From contig JAYUUO010000305.1 of the NCBI GenBank assembly GCA_043754515.1, forward strand, positions 1-64,000: DNA of 64,000 nt, given 5' to 3'. Shown here one piece after another: positions 18,676 through 28,513 of this stretch (position 1 is the stretch's first letter; the number at the start of each line of letters is the position of its first letter). This DNA comes from Armatimonadota bacterium (GTDB lineage: Bacteria > Armatimonadota > Armatimonadia > Armatimonadales > Armatimonadaceae). Both the position numbers and the translations under genes were made by a program. The notes beneath the pieces were generated by a model. That model was not told where the DNA came from. It worked only from the letters and a program-made list of their open reading frames with translations, and made no database searches.

Positions 18676-20168
18676 GTGCGGAATGAATCATCTCGTCGTG
18701 CCGTTTTCTCGTTCCTGCTGATAGGTATCACATACCTTCTAATCAACTCGACTGCCTATGCAGGGCACTACGCGCTCAGTTCTAAGACCGGAGGGACTGA
18801 TTCCTCCTCCGGCTACGGGTCTCTACTTCGGGGTACGGTACGGTCAAAGTCAACCCCACATTCACCTTCACGTACACATGGGTGCCCGATCCAGGGAACT
18901 CGAATGATCTACCGCTAGAACAGGTGACGGTCGTTGAGCCGTGTACTGTAAGCGCACAGAGTTTCGGGATGGCTAACGGTTCCGCAACTGTGTCGAATGG
19001 GTTAGACTCCCCCACGGTGGACAAGAGCGACCCTTCCAAAATACTGAAGATATCGGACGGCTTGAAGATGGAGGTGAAGCCGGATGCGTCTCCAGTGGTT
19101 GTTACATTCACCGCATCGGCGTCGGTATCGCCGGTCAATATGCCGGGGGCCGCATCCGCTTACGCATCATGCGGTACGCCAGTTCCGGCCCCGTAATACA
19201 GCGTGACGGAGTTCCATTGACGGATGCCAGCCGAAAATGCCTCCCTGGCGAGGCGATTAATCTGTCTGTCTCCGGCGCGGACGCGAACTCCACGTATACT
19301 CTGGAACCCGAGCGGCTCCCTTTTTAGCTACTTCAATCCCTCCCAATTGAACACGGGGTCGCGAAACTTACAGTTCGGAGGAGCTGACAAACTCGTTCTC
19401 TCCAAACCGACAGTGACGTACCGCTACATAAAGGGAGATAATACGGATCAGAGCGTCACGTGCACTGTTCAGGTGGGGGGGTACTCCGCGACCGTAAAAA
19501 GCAAACTCACTGTCGGGAAGCCCGATTGCATGTTCACGACGAAAAGCGTCGGCAAGATGAGTTTTGATGTTGCTGATCCGCGCTACAGCACGCCCACTGT
19601 TTTCGGTCTTCGGGCAAATCCGTATCCGGGAGCTGGGGCAGGGATCATTTGGTCATACATGGTGACATTGTCAGCAGGCTTCGATACCATATGCGGGGTG
19701 TGTGCTCTCGCTCAGATAGTGACGCTCAACAAGACGGTCGTCGTCGGCACTACTACATACGTCCCCACCCTGGGGAACGGCACCGTTGCTCTTGATGGGG
19801 CGTTCCCGTACGCCTCATCCGTTGCGTTAGGCGTCCCGGAAGAGACACAGGGTGACACCCCGAACGTCTCACTTACGACGGCCGGTGGGACGCGCCTCAA
19901 TAACGCCAAATATAATGGCCAGTCGTTCGACACGTATGTGATGTTCAAAGCCGGTGGTGCCAACGCGACGAGTAACTGGATTCCGCTAAAAAAGTTGACA
20001 TGGTCTATAGGTGCCGAGGCGTACTGGTTCAACGATCATCTGCTCAACCGCTACCGATGGGCAATAGACGGCGGCGTGCCTATTGCACCTACAGTAGGGA
20101 GCGCACAGGACGCCACAGTACATCCGACATGGGGTTTCGTCAACGACGGTTCCATGAAGGCTCAGTAA
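18676..20168 (+). pseudogene. large secreted beta-rich protein gene broken by frameshifts
   Basis: AAGGAGG then GTG and a signal peptide ending STAYA. Protein-like sequence continues across frame changes near 18820, 19175 and 19300 to TAA at 20168. Confidence 0.65.
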
Positions 20169-20215
20169 GCGATAGCCCTCCGAAGGGTTCGGTACGAAAA
20201 GGAAAGAAGAAAGCC

Positions 20216-21070
20216 ATGTTTTTCAAGCACTATCAACCGACTCCGGTGTCGCCTCGCTCGCTCAAATCGCGGCGATGCTTCACCCTCGCCGCTCTAGGCG
20301 TGGCCGTCCTGCTCGGCGGCGGCGTCACCGGGTTCGCGCCCCCCGCTGCTAAGGAAGTGATTATTTCCAGCGGCAACAATGAGTGGGTCGGCGGGACCCC
20401 CGAGGAAACCGAGTTGCTCAACGAGTCCGTTGCCGTCGGGAACAAAGGGAAGCGGCTACTCTTGAAGGGCGACTTGGACGGAGCGGAGAAGGCGTTCCTG
20501 CGTTCGCTCGACCTGGATCCCTGCTACGCGAAGAGCGGGGTCGTCGCCTCCGCTTCGCTCGACTTGCTCGGCGACATCTATTTCCGCAAAGAGATGTGGA
20601 AGGAGTCGGCGTTCTACTACCAGCGTTTCTTCGCCGCCGAGACGGGCGTGCCCGGCGGCGCGGGCTTCGCGGGCGACTACATCCGCTATAGCATGGCCCT
20701 GATGAAGACCGGCGAACGGGAAAAGGCACTACGGTTCTACAACCTCGGGATGGCGCGGGGGCAGAACGGCGAGAGGGATCTGGATGACCAGGTTTTGACG
20801 GACTGGGGGAACCGCCGGCGCATGGAGGCCGCAGCCCGCACCGCCGTCGCCGCCACGGAAGGGGTTAGCCACGCGTTCGCCGCGGAGCAGTGCCGTAAGG
20901 CGCTGGAGTGCCTACCCGACTACGCTCCGGCGCACCTTCTGCTGGGTAACTACCTGGACGCAACAGGTAAGAAGGCGGAAGCGCGTCAAGAGTGGCTCCA
21001 GGCCGCCCGGCACGGCCGCGCGGGTGGCAAAGTGGCTGCTGAGGCGCGGCGGAAAATCAGCGGCGAATGA
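20216..21070 (+). CDS. TPR-repeat exported or membrane-anchored protein
   Basis: N-terminal hydrophobic segment, then TPR-like helices (GDLDGAEKAFLRSLDLDP; PDYAPAHLLLGNYL). Confidence 0.78.
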   Translation: MFFKHYQPTPVSPRSLKSRRCFTLAALGVAVLLGGGVTGFAPPAAKEVIISSGNNEWVGGTPEETELLNESVAVGNKGKRLLLKGDLDGAEKAFLRSLDLDPCYAKSGVVASASLDLLGDIYFRKEMWKESAFYYQRFFAAETGVPGGAGFAGDYIRYSMALMKTGEREKALRFYNLGMARGQNGERDLDDQVLTDWGNRRRMEAAARTAVAATEGVSHAFAAEQCRKALECLPDYAPAHLLLGNYLDATGKKAEARQEWLQAARHGRAGGKVAAEARRKISGE

Positions 21071-21097
21071 CGGCTATCCGGGGCGGGAAGGATGTAA

Positions 21098-21128
21098 CGG
21101 ACAGTCCGCTATGGACTGTCCGGTCTTT
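21098..21128. terminator. hairpin terminator between the convergent TPR gene and amtB
   Basis: CGGACAGTCC-GCTAT-GGACTGTCCG followed by GTCTTT. Confidence 0.6.
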
Positions 21129-21133
21129 CACGA

Positions 21134-22537
21134 TTATCCGTGCGACGGGAGTGCGGAGTCCGTTCCCGCCATACCGTTGTAGGCTTCCTCGCCGTGCTGT
21201 GTCTGATCGAGACCCTGTTCCTGCTCGGTTTCGCTAGCCCTCAGCACTCCCATTGCTTTCAAGGTGCCGCCGATGATCAGCGTCCCCGTCACCGCGACGC
21301 TGACGGCGATGCCTACGCTGATGAACTGTGTGATCAGAAGGTGCGTTCCCCCACCGACGAGCAACCCTTGCGCGGTGACCGAGCTATTGACACTGGTCTT
21401 CGCGAGCAGCCCGGTTGCGATAGCTCCCCATATACCACCCACGCCGTGGACCGCGAACACGTCCAGCGTGTCGTCGTAGCCGAAGCGCGATTTCAGCTTG
21501 ATCGCGAAGAAGGATATGAACGCCACCCCTGCGCCAATGATCAACGCGCCCGTCACGTCCACGTAGCCGGAGGCGGGCGTAATCGCGACCAGTCCCGCCA
21601 CTGCCCCCGTCGCGAAACCGAGCGCGGTCGGTCTTTTGATGGTAATCCACTCGATCATAATCCAGACAAGTCCCGCGGTCGCCGCGGCGACGTGCGTCGC
21701 GACGAACGCGGAGCCGGCCAAGCCCCCCGCCGCGCCCGCCGACCCGGCGTTGAACCCGAACCACCCGAACCATAGAAGCGCGGTCCCGATCAGCGTCATT
21801 GGCAGATTATGCGGGCGGGTATCATCCTTGTGCGTGAGCGTGCGCTTGCCCAGCAAGATGGCAAGCACAAGCGCGGAAACGCCCGAGGAGATGTGTACCA
21901 CGAGACCGCCCGCGAAATCGAGTGCGCCGAGCTTCAGAAGAAAGCCGTCCGCGCCCCAGACCATGTGCGCGAGCGGCACGTAGACCAGGAAGTGCCATGC
22001 CGCTATAAAGACTATGTACGCTCCGAACTTCATCCGGTCGGCGATGGCCCCGGAAATCAGAGCTGGGGTGATCACGGCGAACATCAACTGATATACCATG
22101 AAGACCTGATGCGGGATGGTGGATATGGTGCCGTTCAGGGAGAACACCCCCTGCCCGACGCCGTTCAGCAGGAAGAAGTCGCCCGCCCCGTAGAACGGCG
22201 AACCAGGAGCGAATGAGAATGAGTAGCCAGCAACGACCCACAGGATCGTGATGGCAGAGAGAGCGATGAACGACTGCATGAGGGTGTTCAGAACGTTTTT
22301 AGTTCGGATCATGCCGCCGTAAAAGAGCGCTAGAGCGGGTGTCATCAGCATGACCAGGGCGGTGGAGACCAACATCCAGGCTGTGTCACCGGAGTCGGGT
22401 TTCGCCTCACCCAGCGCGGGGAGCTGGCTCTGGGCACTCACCAAGGTGGGGAGCGCGGCGATAAAGATCGCCAGTAAAAAACGGGAGAAGAACCGACACC
22501 CCTTCGATGGGTGGCACGGTTCGCGGGTGAATCGCAT
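21134..22537 (-). CDS. amtB: ammonium transporter
   Basis: DSGDTAW, FYGG, DFAGGLVVH, LWFGWFGFNAGS and DDTLDVFAVHG motifs. Confidence 0.97.
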   Translation of the reverse strand: MRFTREPCHPSKGCRFFSRFLLAIFIAALPTLVSAQSQLPALGEAKPDSGDTAWMLVSTALVMLMTPALALFYGGMIRTKNVLNTLMQSFIALSAITILWVVAGYSFSFAPGSPFYGAGDFFLLNGVGQGVFSLNGTISTIPHQVFMVYQLMFAVITPALISGAIADRMKFGAYIVFIAAWHFLVYVPLAHMVWGADGFLLKLGALDFAGGLVVHISSGVSALVLAILLGKRTLTHKDDTRPHNLPMTLIGTALLWFGWFGFNAGSAGAAGGLAGSAFVATHVAAATAGLVWIMIEWITIKRPTALGFATGAVAGLVAITPASGYVDVTGALIIGAGVAFISFFAIKLKSRFGYDDTLDVFAVHGVGGIWGAIATGLLAKTSVNSSVTAQGLLVGGGTHLLITQFISVGIAVSVAVTGTLIIGGTLKAMGVLRASETEQEQGLDQTQHGEEAYNGMAGTDSALPSHG

Positions 22538-22652
22538 CTTAAGAATCCTACTCGGGAGAAAAAGTAATCGCGAGCCACGTCGCTCGCGATTTTATAGGGG
22601 GTCTGTCCCGTCACTTAACGGGAGGGTGTGAATCAGCGGTTTGGGGGCGCGG

Positions 22653-23048
<396 letters not shown>

Positions 23049-23152
23049 TCAGCCAATCGCGGCGTAGCGAACGGGCAGGTGAGTCTCAAGAGAAAGAGCG
23101 GAGGGCGGTGAATCCCGATTCACCGCCCGCGCTAGTAGTGACGCGCCTTCCG

Positions 23153-24331
23153 TTAGAAGGAATATACCTGACCGATGGTGATCGTGGTCTGGTTTTTCTT
23201 CCCGTTTATATTATCCTTGTCGGAGAACTCTTTCGCGTTCGAGTAATCATAGCGTGCTTCGAGGATTGTCCGCGTGTTCGGGAACAGGCCGGTCTTCGGC
23301 TCGAAGGAGAGCGTCACCGATCCGAGGTTCACTTTTTTATTGGGGTCGTTCGGGTCGGCACCGAGGATGAAGTTGTTCTTGGAGTCCGTCAAGTACTCGG
23401 CGCGCAGACCGATGGGGCCGAAGATCCCATACCCGGCGAAGCCGTAGAAGTCGTACGAATTGTTCGCCAGGTCCTTACCTGTTCTGTATAGCCCTTCCGC
23501 CACGAACCGCGTTTTGGCGTTCGTTTGCAACGTGTAGATAGCGTCGAGCACGGTCTGCTGCTTGCTGTTCGCGGTAGCGGCCGCGCCGGACGGATCCAGG
23601 TTCTCGCGGGAACCGAGGGCATTCAGCACGAACGACGCTTTCGGGGAGAACGTGTACGCGATTTGGAAGCCCGGCGCGAGGTCGCGGTTTGCGTTATCGG
23701 TGCGGCCGTTGTAGCGGTTGTAGATGTAGCCGTTCAGAGTAAGCTTCGGTGACACCGGGTAGGACGCGCGGACGCCGGCATTATAGAACGGCGACGGGAT
23801 CGCGAACAGGAAGTTATGCGAGAAGAAGTTGTTGGTTCCGATCTCGATAGTCTCGTACCCGACATGCGTCTCGAACTGACCGGCGTCGAACTTGAGTTCC
23901 CGCTTGCCGATGGGGATCAGTAGAGTGCCATAGGCTTCGAGGACGTTAGACGTGCTCGCATCCTCAAGGATGAAGTTCAGGCGCTTCACTTCGCCCTCGA
24001 TCAACTTCACGGTGAACCCGGCGCGCGAATCCGAGGTAGCCGCTTTCGCGATCTGGATCTCGGCGAGGTTCAGCGCGAACTGTCCTTCTTTCTGGTTGAA
24101 GAGGTAGCCGGGGCTGTTCTGGTGGGAGATCGGCTTATTTATGTTTGCCGTGTAGTTGACTTCGAGTAAACCTGAAACCACGATGCCGGGTACCGGGGCC
24201 GTGACCGGGGCCACCGGGGCGGGGGTAGCCGATGCGGTCGGTTTCGTGGTGTCCTGGGCGAGCGCGATGTGGCTCGTCATTGCGAGCGAGGTCAGCGCGA
24301 TGGCTGAGAGAATAGAGCGTGTCTGGCGCAT
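23153..24331 (-). CDS. outer-membrane beta-barrel porin (BBP2/DUF1597-like)
   Basis: Signal peptide, GQFETHVGYE and NFFSH...PFYNAG motifs, alternating beta strands and C-terminal Phe (VYSF). Confidence 0.85.
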   Translation of the reverse strand: MRQTRSILSAIALTSLAMTSHIALAQDTTKPTASATPAPVAPVTAPVPGIVVSGLLEVNYTANINKPISHQNSPGYLFNQKEGQFALNLAEIQIAKAATSDSRAGFTVKLIEGEVKRLNFILEDASTSNVLEAYGTLLIPIGKRELKFDAGQFETHVGYETIEIGTNNFFSHNFLFAIPSPFYNAGVRASYPVSPKLTLNGYIYNRYNGRTDNANRDLAPGFQIAYTFSPKASFVLNALGSRENLDPSGAAATANSKQQTVLDAIYTLQTNAKTRFVAEGLYRTGKDLANNSYDFYGFAGYGIFGPIGLRAEYLTDSKNNFILGADPNDPNKKVNLGSVTLSFEPKTGLFPNTRTILEARYDYSNAKEFSDKDNINGKKNQTTITIGQVYSF

Positions 24332-24524
24332 GTGTATGTAAAAGCCTCCATAGGGATTCGGGTATGAGTTGGGATTTGAGAACCGGACAAACGGGCCATC
24401 CTGACTGTTACAGATCAGGATGGTAGGTATAACCTTGCGGTTACAACTTCTTAAAAACCAGAGCCTCTCGACGGCGAGTTAGCCAGTCGCGGACGGCACC
24501 GTATTCATATCTGTTCTTGAGCGA

Positions 24525-25109
24525 CTAACCTGCTAGCTCGCTCGCCGTGATAATAGCGCGCGCGATCTCGTGGGAGGGCTTGTTCAGCGCGGTACTCTGC
24601 GTCTGGATCCGATAGAACGCTTCGCGCTCGGTAAGCCCGTGCTTCTCCATCAGAATCGCCTTCGCCCGTCCGACTAGTTTGCGCGCCTCCATCCGCTCGT
24701 TCAACGCTTTGATCTCGGTCTCGAGCGCGACGAACTCTTTGAACCGAGAGATTACGATGCCGAGCGTCGGGCCCAGGTCACTGGCGCGGAGCGGCTTCGA
24801 CAGGAATGCCATTCCCCCGCTGGTTTCGAGTGCCCCACTCGCTTCCGTTATAGCACCGCCCGCGAAAAGAATGACGGGAGCTAATCGCTCGGTCGAAAGC
24901 GTCCGCGTGACATCCAGGCCGGACATCGCGGAGCCGAGCGAGACGTTCATCAGCACCACGTCCGGCTTCAAGGATCGGGTCAGCGAGAGTGTCTGCCCCC
25001 CGGTATCAGCTTCGCCGACGACCGAGTGGCCTAGTCCCGACAGGAGCACGCGTAGTTCGAGGCGGACGGCGGGGTCATCGTCCACAATCAGCACATTGGC
25101 AAATCGCAC
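24525..25109 (-). CDS. ANTAR-domain response regulator (AmiR/NasT/PdtaR type) with atypical receiver
   Basis: VLIVDDD...FLSKP receiver and ANTAR signature RKLVGRAKAILM...LTEREAFYRIQ. GTG start at 25109 is inferred. Confidence 0.9.
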   Translation of the reverse strand: MRFANVLIVDDDPAVRLELRVLLSGLGHSVVGEADTGGQTLSLTRSLKPDVVLMNVSLGSAMSGLDVTRTLSTERLAPVILFAGGAITEASGALETSGGMAFLSKPLRASDLGPTLGIVISRFKEFVALETEIKALNERMEARKLVGRAKAILMEKHGLTEREAFYRIQTQSTALNKPSHEIARAIITASELAG

Positions 25110-25437
25110 GTTGATAAATAGTTTCCTAACCGGATCCGAGGTCAAATGATGTTCCCGCCCTTTTGAGGGAGGGCAAGCCATGTGCAACAGGGAGCCAACG
25201 CGCGGACGGGCATTTCATCAGTCCGGCAAACCGACGGCGACAGCGGAGCAACAAGACATGCGGCGATGCCGCATCGAAAGGTACCCCAGTATTTTAGAGA
25301 TGACAGCACTGTCGGCGGTGTTGCCCGTGTATCGGGGAGGGAATGGCGCGGGAGAGCGCGCCACCGCGAGCACATAAGGTTCGCGCCGCTCTAGTTCCTA
25401 GCGAAACTGCAAGGAGGCGGCGATTTAGATTTCGCCC

Positions 25438-25466
25438 ATTATAGGAGCCTATTTCGTCCATGTCAA
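25438..25466 (-). promoter_or_regulatory. consensus sigma70 promoter for the ANTAR-porin-glnK-amtB unit
   Basis: Minus-strand TTGACA (25466-25461), 17 nt, TATAAT (25443-25438): a perfect consensus match. Confidence 0.8.
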
Positions 25467-25606
25467 GGGGTTCGCGGGGTTAAATAAGTAGGGAGAGGAA
25501 TAATGTCCGGCGCGACCTTATCATCGAGTGTCCCGCCGGAAAACCTCCTGCCCCGGTTGCCTCGGCCAGCTTACCATGCTACAATCGGCACAATCCTGTA
25601 CCCATT

Positions 25607-26524
25607 GTGACTTCACCCCTCGCCGCTAACACCCACCCCCCCACCCGTTCGCCACTGGGAGCTTCGTCCTCGCCGGTGTTGATGGCCTCCCCGACCCCGA
25701 TGTTCCTCCCGCAACTCCAGTTCGGTTCGTTCGAGGGTCCCCTTGACCTGATGCTTCACCTAATCCGGCAGGGACGAATGGACATTTTCGACCTGCCTAT
25801 CGCGGTGCTTTGCGACCAATACATCGGCTACCTCAACGAGCGGGCAGCCTTCGATCTGTCGGTCGCGGGGGAGTTTATCGTGACGGCGGCGACGTTGCTT
25901 GAGATCAAGAGCCGCCTGTTACTCCCCGCCCCCCCGAAGCCCGATCCGACGGAGGTCGCGCCGCCGGAGGACCCACGTGCTGCTCTGGTGCGCCAGTTGC
26001 TCGAGTACGCTCGCTTCCAGTCGCTCTCCGACTCGCTACGTGACGGCGAGGGCGAGGCGCGAAAACTATACTTCCGCCCCCGCGTCGAGCTTACGGGTGA
26101 GTACCGCCCCCCGCCCCGATGGGGGGAACTTTCGGCGGACGCCCTGCTCCGGACGCTGGAGCGGATGCTCGCCGGGGTCGGCGCGGGGGAGCGGCAGATC
26201 ACCAGTGTTCGAAGACAGAAGATCACGCTACGGATGAAGATGCGCGAGATAATCACCGCGACCGAGCGCGCCGGAGGACATGGGGTCACGCTCGACTCAC
26301 TCCTGCCCCCCGCGCCGTTCGCGCTACTGGATGTCGTGCTCCTTTTTCTCGCCCTACTCGAACTGCTCAAAGCAGGCAGCGTGCGGGCGATCCAGGAAGC
26401 GTTCTGCGGCGAGATACTTCTGTTTCATGTCGCGGACGGGGAATACAACGCCGCCGATCAAACGCTAGACGAAAACGGGGTGGGCGATTCGTCGGCCGTG
26501 ACTGGTGACAATGCTCTCCTTTAA
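25607..26524 (+). CDS. scpA: segregation and condensation protein A
   Basis: FEGPLDLMLHLI, AATLLEIKSRLLLP, EDPR and FLALLEL motifs. Exact start uncertain. Confidence 0.93.
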   Translation: MTSPLAANTHPPTRSPLGASSSPVLMASPTPMFLPQLQFGSFEGPLDLMLHLIRQGRMDIFDLPIAVLCDQYIGYLNERAAFDLSVAGEFIVTAATLLEIKSRLLLPAPPKPDPTEVAPPEDPRAALVRQLLEYARFQSLSDSLRDGEGEARKLYFRPRVELTGEYRPPPRWGELSADALLRTLERMLAGVGAGERQITSVRRQKITLRMKMREIITATERAGGHGVTLDSLLPPAPFALLDVVLLFLALLELLKAGSVRAIQEAFCGEILLFHVADGEYNAADQTLDENGVGDSSAVTGDNALL

Positions 26525-27101
26525 TGAATCCGTACGGGTCATAGAGGCTTTGCTGTTCGCGTCGGGCGACCCGCTCACCATGAAGGAACTGATGAAGGCC
26601 ACCGACACCGATTCCGAGACGGTGGCTCTTTCGATTTCCGCCCTACGTGACCGCTACGCGGGTTCCGAGTCGGCGTTGCAGGTGATCGAAATAGCCGAAG
26701 GTTTCCAGCTCGCAACGCGGCCCGAGTACGCTCCGTATATAGGGAAGCTACTCGCGCCGCACTCGAACCGCCTTTCCAAGCCCGCCTTAGAAACCGTGAC
26801 CATCATCGCCTATCGGCAACCCTGTACGCAAGCGGAAATCGAGGCGGTGCGCGGGGTAGGCTCGGACGGCGTGCTCAAGACGCTGGTGGAACGGGAGTTG
26901 ATCGCGGAGGCGGGGCGGAAACAAACTCCCGGTCGCCCGCTCCTATATAAAACGGCACCGCGATTCCTGCATTATTTCGGGATGGCGTCTCTATCGGAGT
27001 TGCCCGCGCTGGAAGAGGACGAGGAATCACTCGCCGGAGAGCGAGAAGCGACTCGTACCGTGCTCGCCGCCGCCGGGGTTGAGTCCGAACACGTATCATG
27101 A
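26511..27101 (+). CDS. scpB: SMC-Scp complex subunit ScpB
   Basis: IEALLFASG, LSKPALETVTIIAYRQP, IEAVRGV and PGRPLLY motifs. Confidence 0.95.
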   Translation: MLSFNESVRVIEALLFASGDPLTMKELMKATDTDSETVALSISALRDRYAGSESALQVIEIAEGFQLATRPEYAPYIGKLLAPHSNRLSKPALETVTIIAYRQPCTQAEIEAVRGVGSDGVLKTLVERELIAEAGRKQTPGRPLLYKTAPRFLHYFGMASLSELPALEEDEESLAGEREATRTVLAAAGVESEHVS

Positions 27102-28513
27102 AACATTCATTACTAGTCCCCCTGTTGCTCGGAATGCTCATCACGACGGCACCGGGGGCGCACGCCAAACGTCCTCCACGTGCCAACGCGGCGAAAATAG
27201 CGGTTGCGAAGTTTGGCGACCCGACAAAGCTCCCTGCCGACAAAGCGCAACTGCTGGTTGACACGTCCCGCATCCCGGCATTCTACGACCCGGCGAACCT
27301 GGAGCGGGAGCCGGTTGTGTCCGCGCGGGGCGCGGTGCTGATGGATGTCGCCACGGGACAGATCGTCTGGTCTAAAAACCCGGATCTCCAACTATACCCC
27401 GCCTCGACAACCAAGATCATGACCGGCTTGTTGTTCGCCGAGCGCACTCAGCCGGAGGACGTCGTCACCTGTACCGACGTCAAGATACGTGCCATTGAGG
27501 AGAGTTCGCTCCATATCCAGCCGTGGGAGAAGTTCACCAGTAGCGATCTGCTTTACGGGACACTGTTGCGGAGCGCGAACGACGGATCTGTTCTAATCGC
27601 GGAACACGTTGCGGGATCTGTCGCGAAGTTCGCCGACCTGATGAACGAGCGCGCGGCGCAGGCGGGGGCGACTCATTCCCACTTTCATAATCCAAACGGC
27701 CTCCCTGACCCCCTGCACTACACGACTGCGCGCGACCTCGCCTTGATCACCCGCGCGGCCCTCGCGAACGAGCGGTTCCGCGACGCGGTGAAGATTCGTA
27801 AGCGGGTCATAGCCCGCTCCAAGAGTAGGGATGTTGTCGTCGCCAGCAAGGCGAGAGATTTTTATGAAAAGTTTCCCGGCGCGGACGGCGTAAAGACGGG
27901 ATTCACGCACGCCGCGCGTCACTGCTTCGTGGGTTCGGCGACGCGCAACGGGCGACAGTTGATAGGCGTCGTTCTTGGCGCGGCGAATAACGCTACTGGC
28001 GAGGTAGCGAGTGTTATGGGATGGGGTTTTCGACGGTACCCGACCGTGGTCGCGCTCAGGAAGGGGGCGCTCGCGCCGCCTCTTTCGGTGAACGGGGGGG
28101 CGAAAGACACCTTGCTAGCCGTCGCCGGGGCGGATCTGATCACCTTCAGTGACGTCGGGAAGGCCACGCCCGTAGTGCAAACGGTAGCCAAGCCGCTTCC
28201 CGCGCTGTCAGCCCCGATCACGAGGGGACAGGTTGTCGGGCGGCTCGTCGCGCGGGTTGACGGCGCGGATCGGGGGAGCGTGCCTCTCCTCGCAGCGGAA
28301 GATGTGCCGGTCGCGTCGGCGGTCGCTATCACCGCGAGAGCAGGAACCGTGCAGGGGAAAGCCTTCCGGATCGCGCTGTGGGCGGTGGGCGCGGGTGCCG
28401 TCTTTCTGATAGGATTAGCCTGTTATGGAACAACGACTACAAAAAGTGCTCGCCGCCGCCGGAATCGCTTCTCGCCGCAAAGCCGAGGAATTGATTACGG
28501 GGGGCCGCGTTAA
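27098..28513 (+). CDS. D-alanyl-D-alanine carboxypeptidase (peptidase S11)
   Basis: Signal peptide, PASTTK (SxxK), SAN (SxN) and KTG motifs, C-terminal TM helix. Confidence 0.92.
   Translation: MKHSLLVPLLLGMLITTAPGAHAKRPPRANAAKIAVAKFGDPTKLPADKAQLLVDTSRIPAFYDPANLEREPVVSARGAVLMDVATGQIVWSKNPDLQLYPASTTKIMTGLLFAERTQPEDVVTCTDVKIRAIEESSLHIQPWEKFTSSDLLYGTLLRSANDGSVLIAEHVAGSVAKFADLMNERAAQAGATHSHFHNPNGLPDPLHYTTARDLALITRAALANERFRDAVKIRKRVIARSKSRDVVVASKARDFYEKFPGADGVKTGFTHAARHCFVGSATRNGRQLIGVVLGAANNATGEVASVMGWGFRRYPTVVALRKGALAPPLSVNGGAKDTLLAVAGADLITFSDVGKATPVVQTVAKPLPALSAPITRGQVVGRLVARVDGADRGSVPLLAAEDVPVASAVAITARAGTVQGKAFRIALWAVGAGAVFLIGLACYGTTTTKSARRRRNRFSPQSRGIDYGGPR

Noticed and set aside
25142..25394. 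Small ORFs and a sigma54-like TGGC...TTGC motif in the ANTAR leader
   Set aside because: The ORFs lack an SD and recognisable features. The GG-to-GC spacing is 9 nt rather than the required 10.
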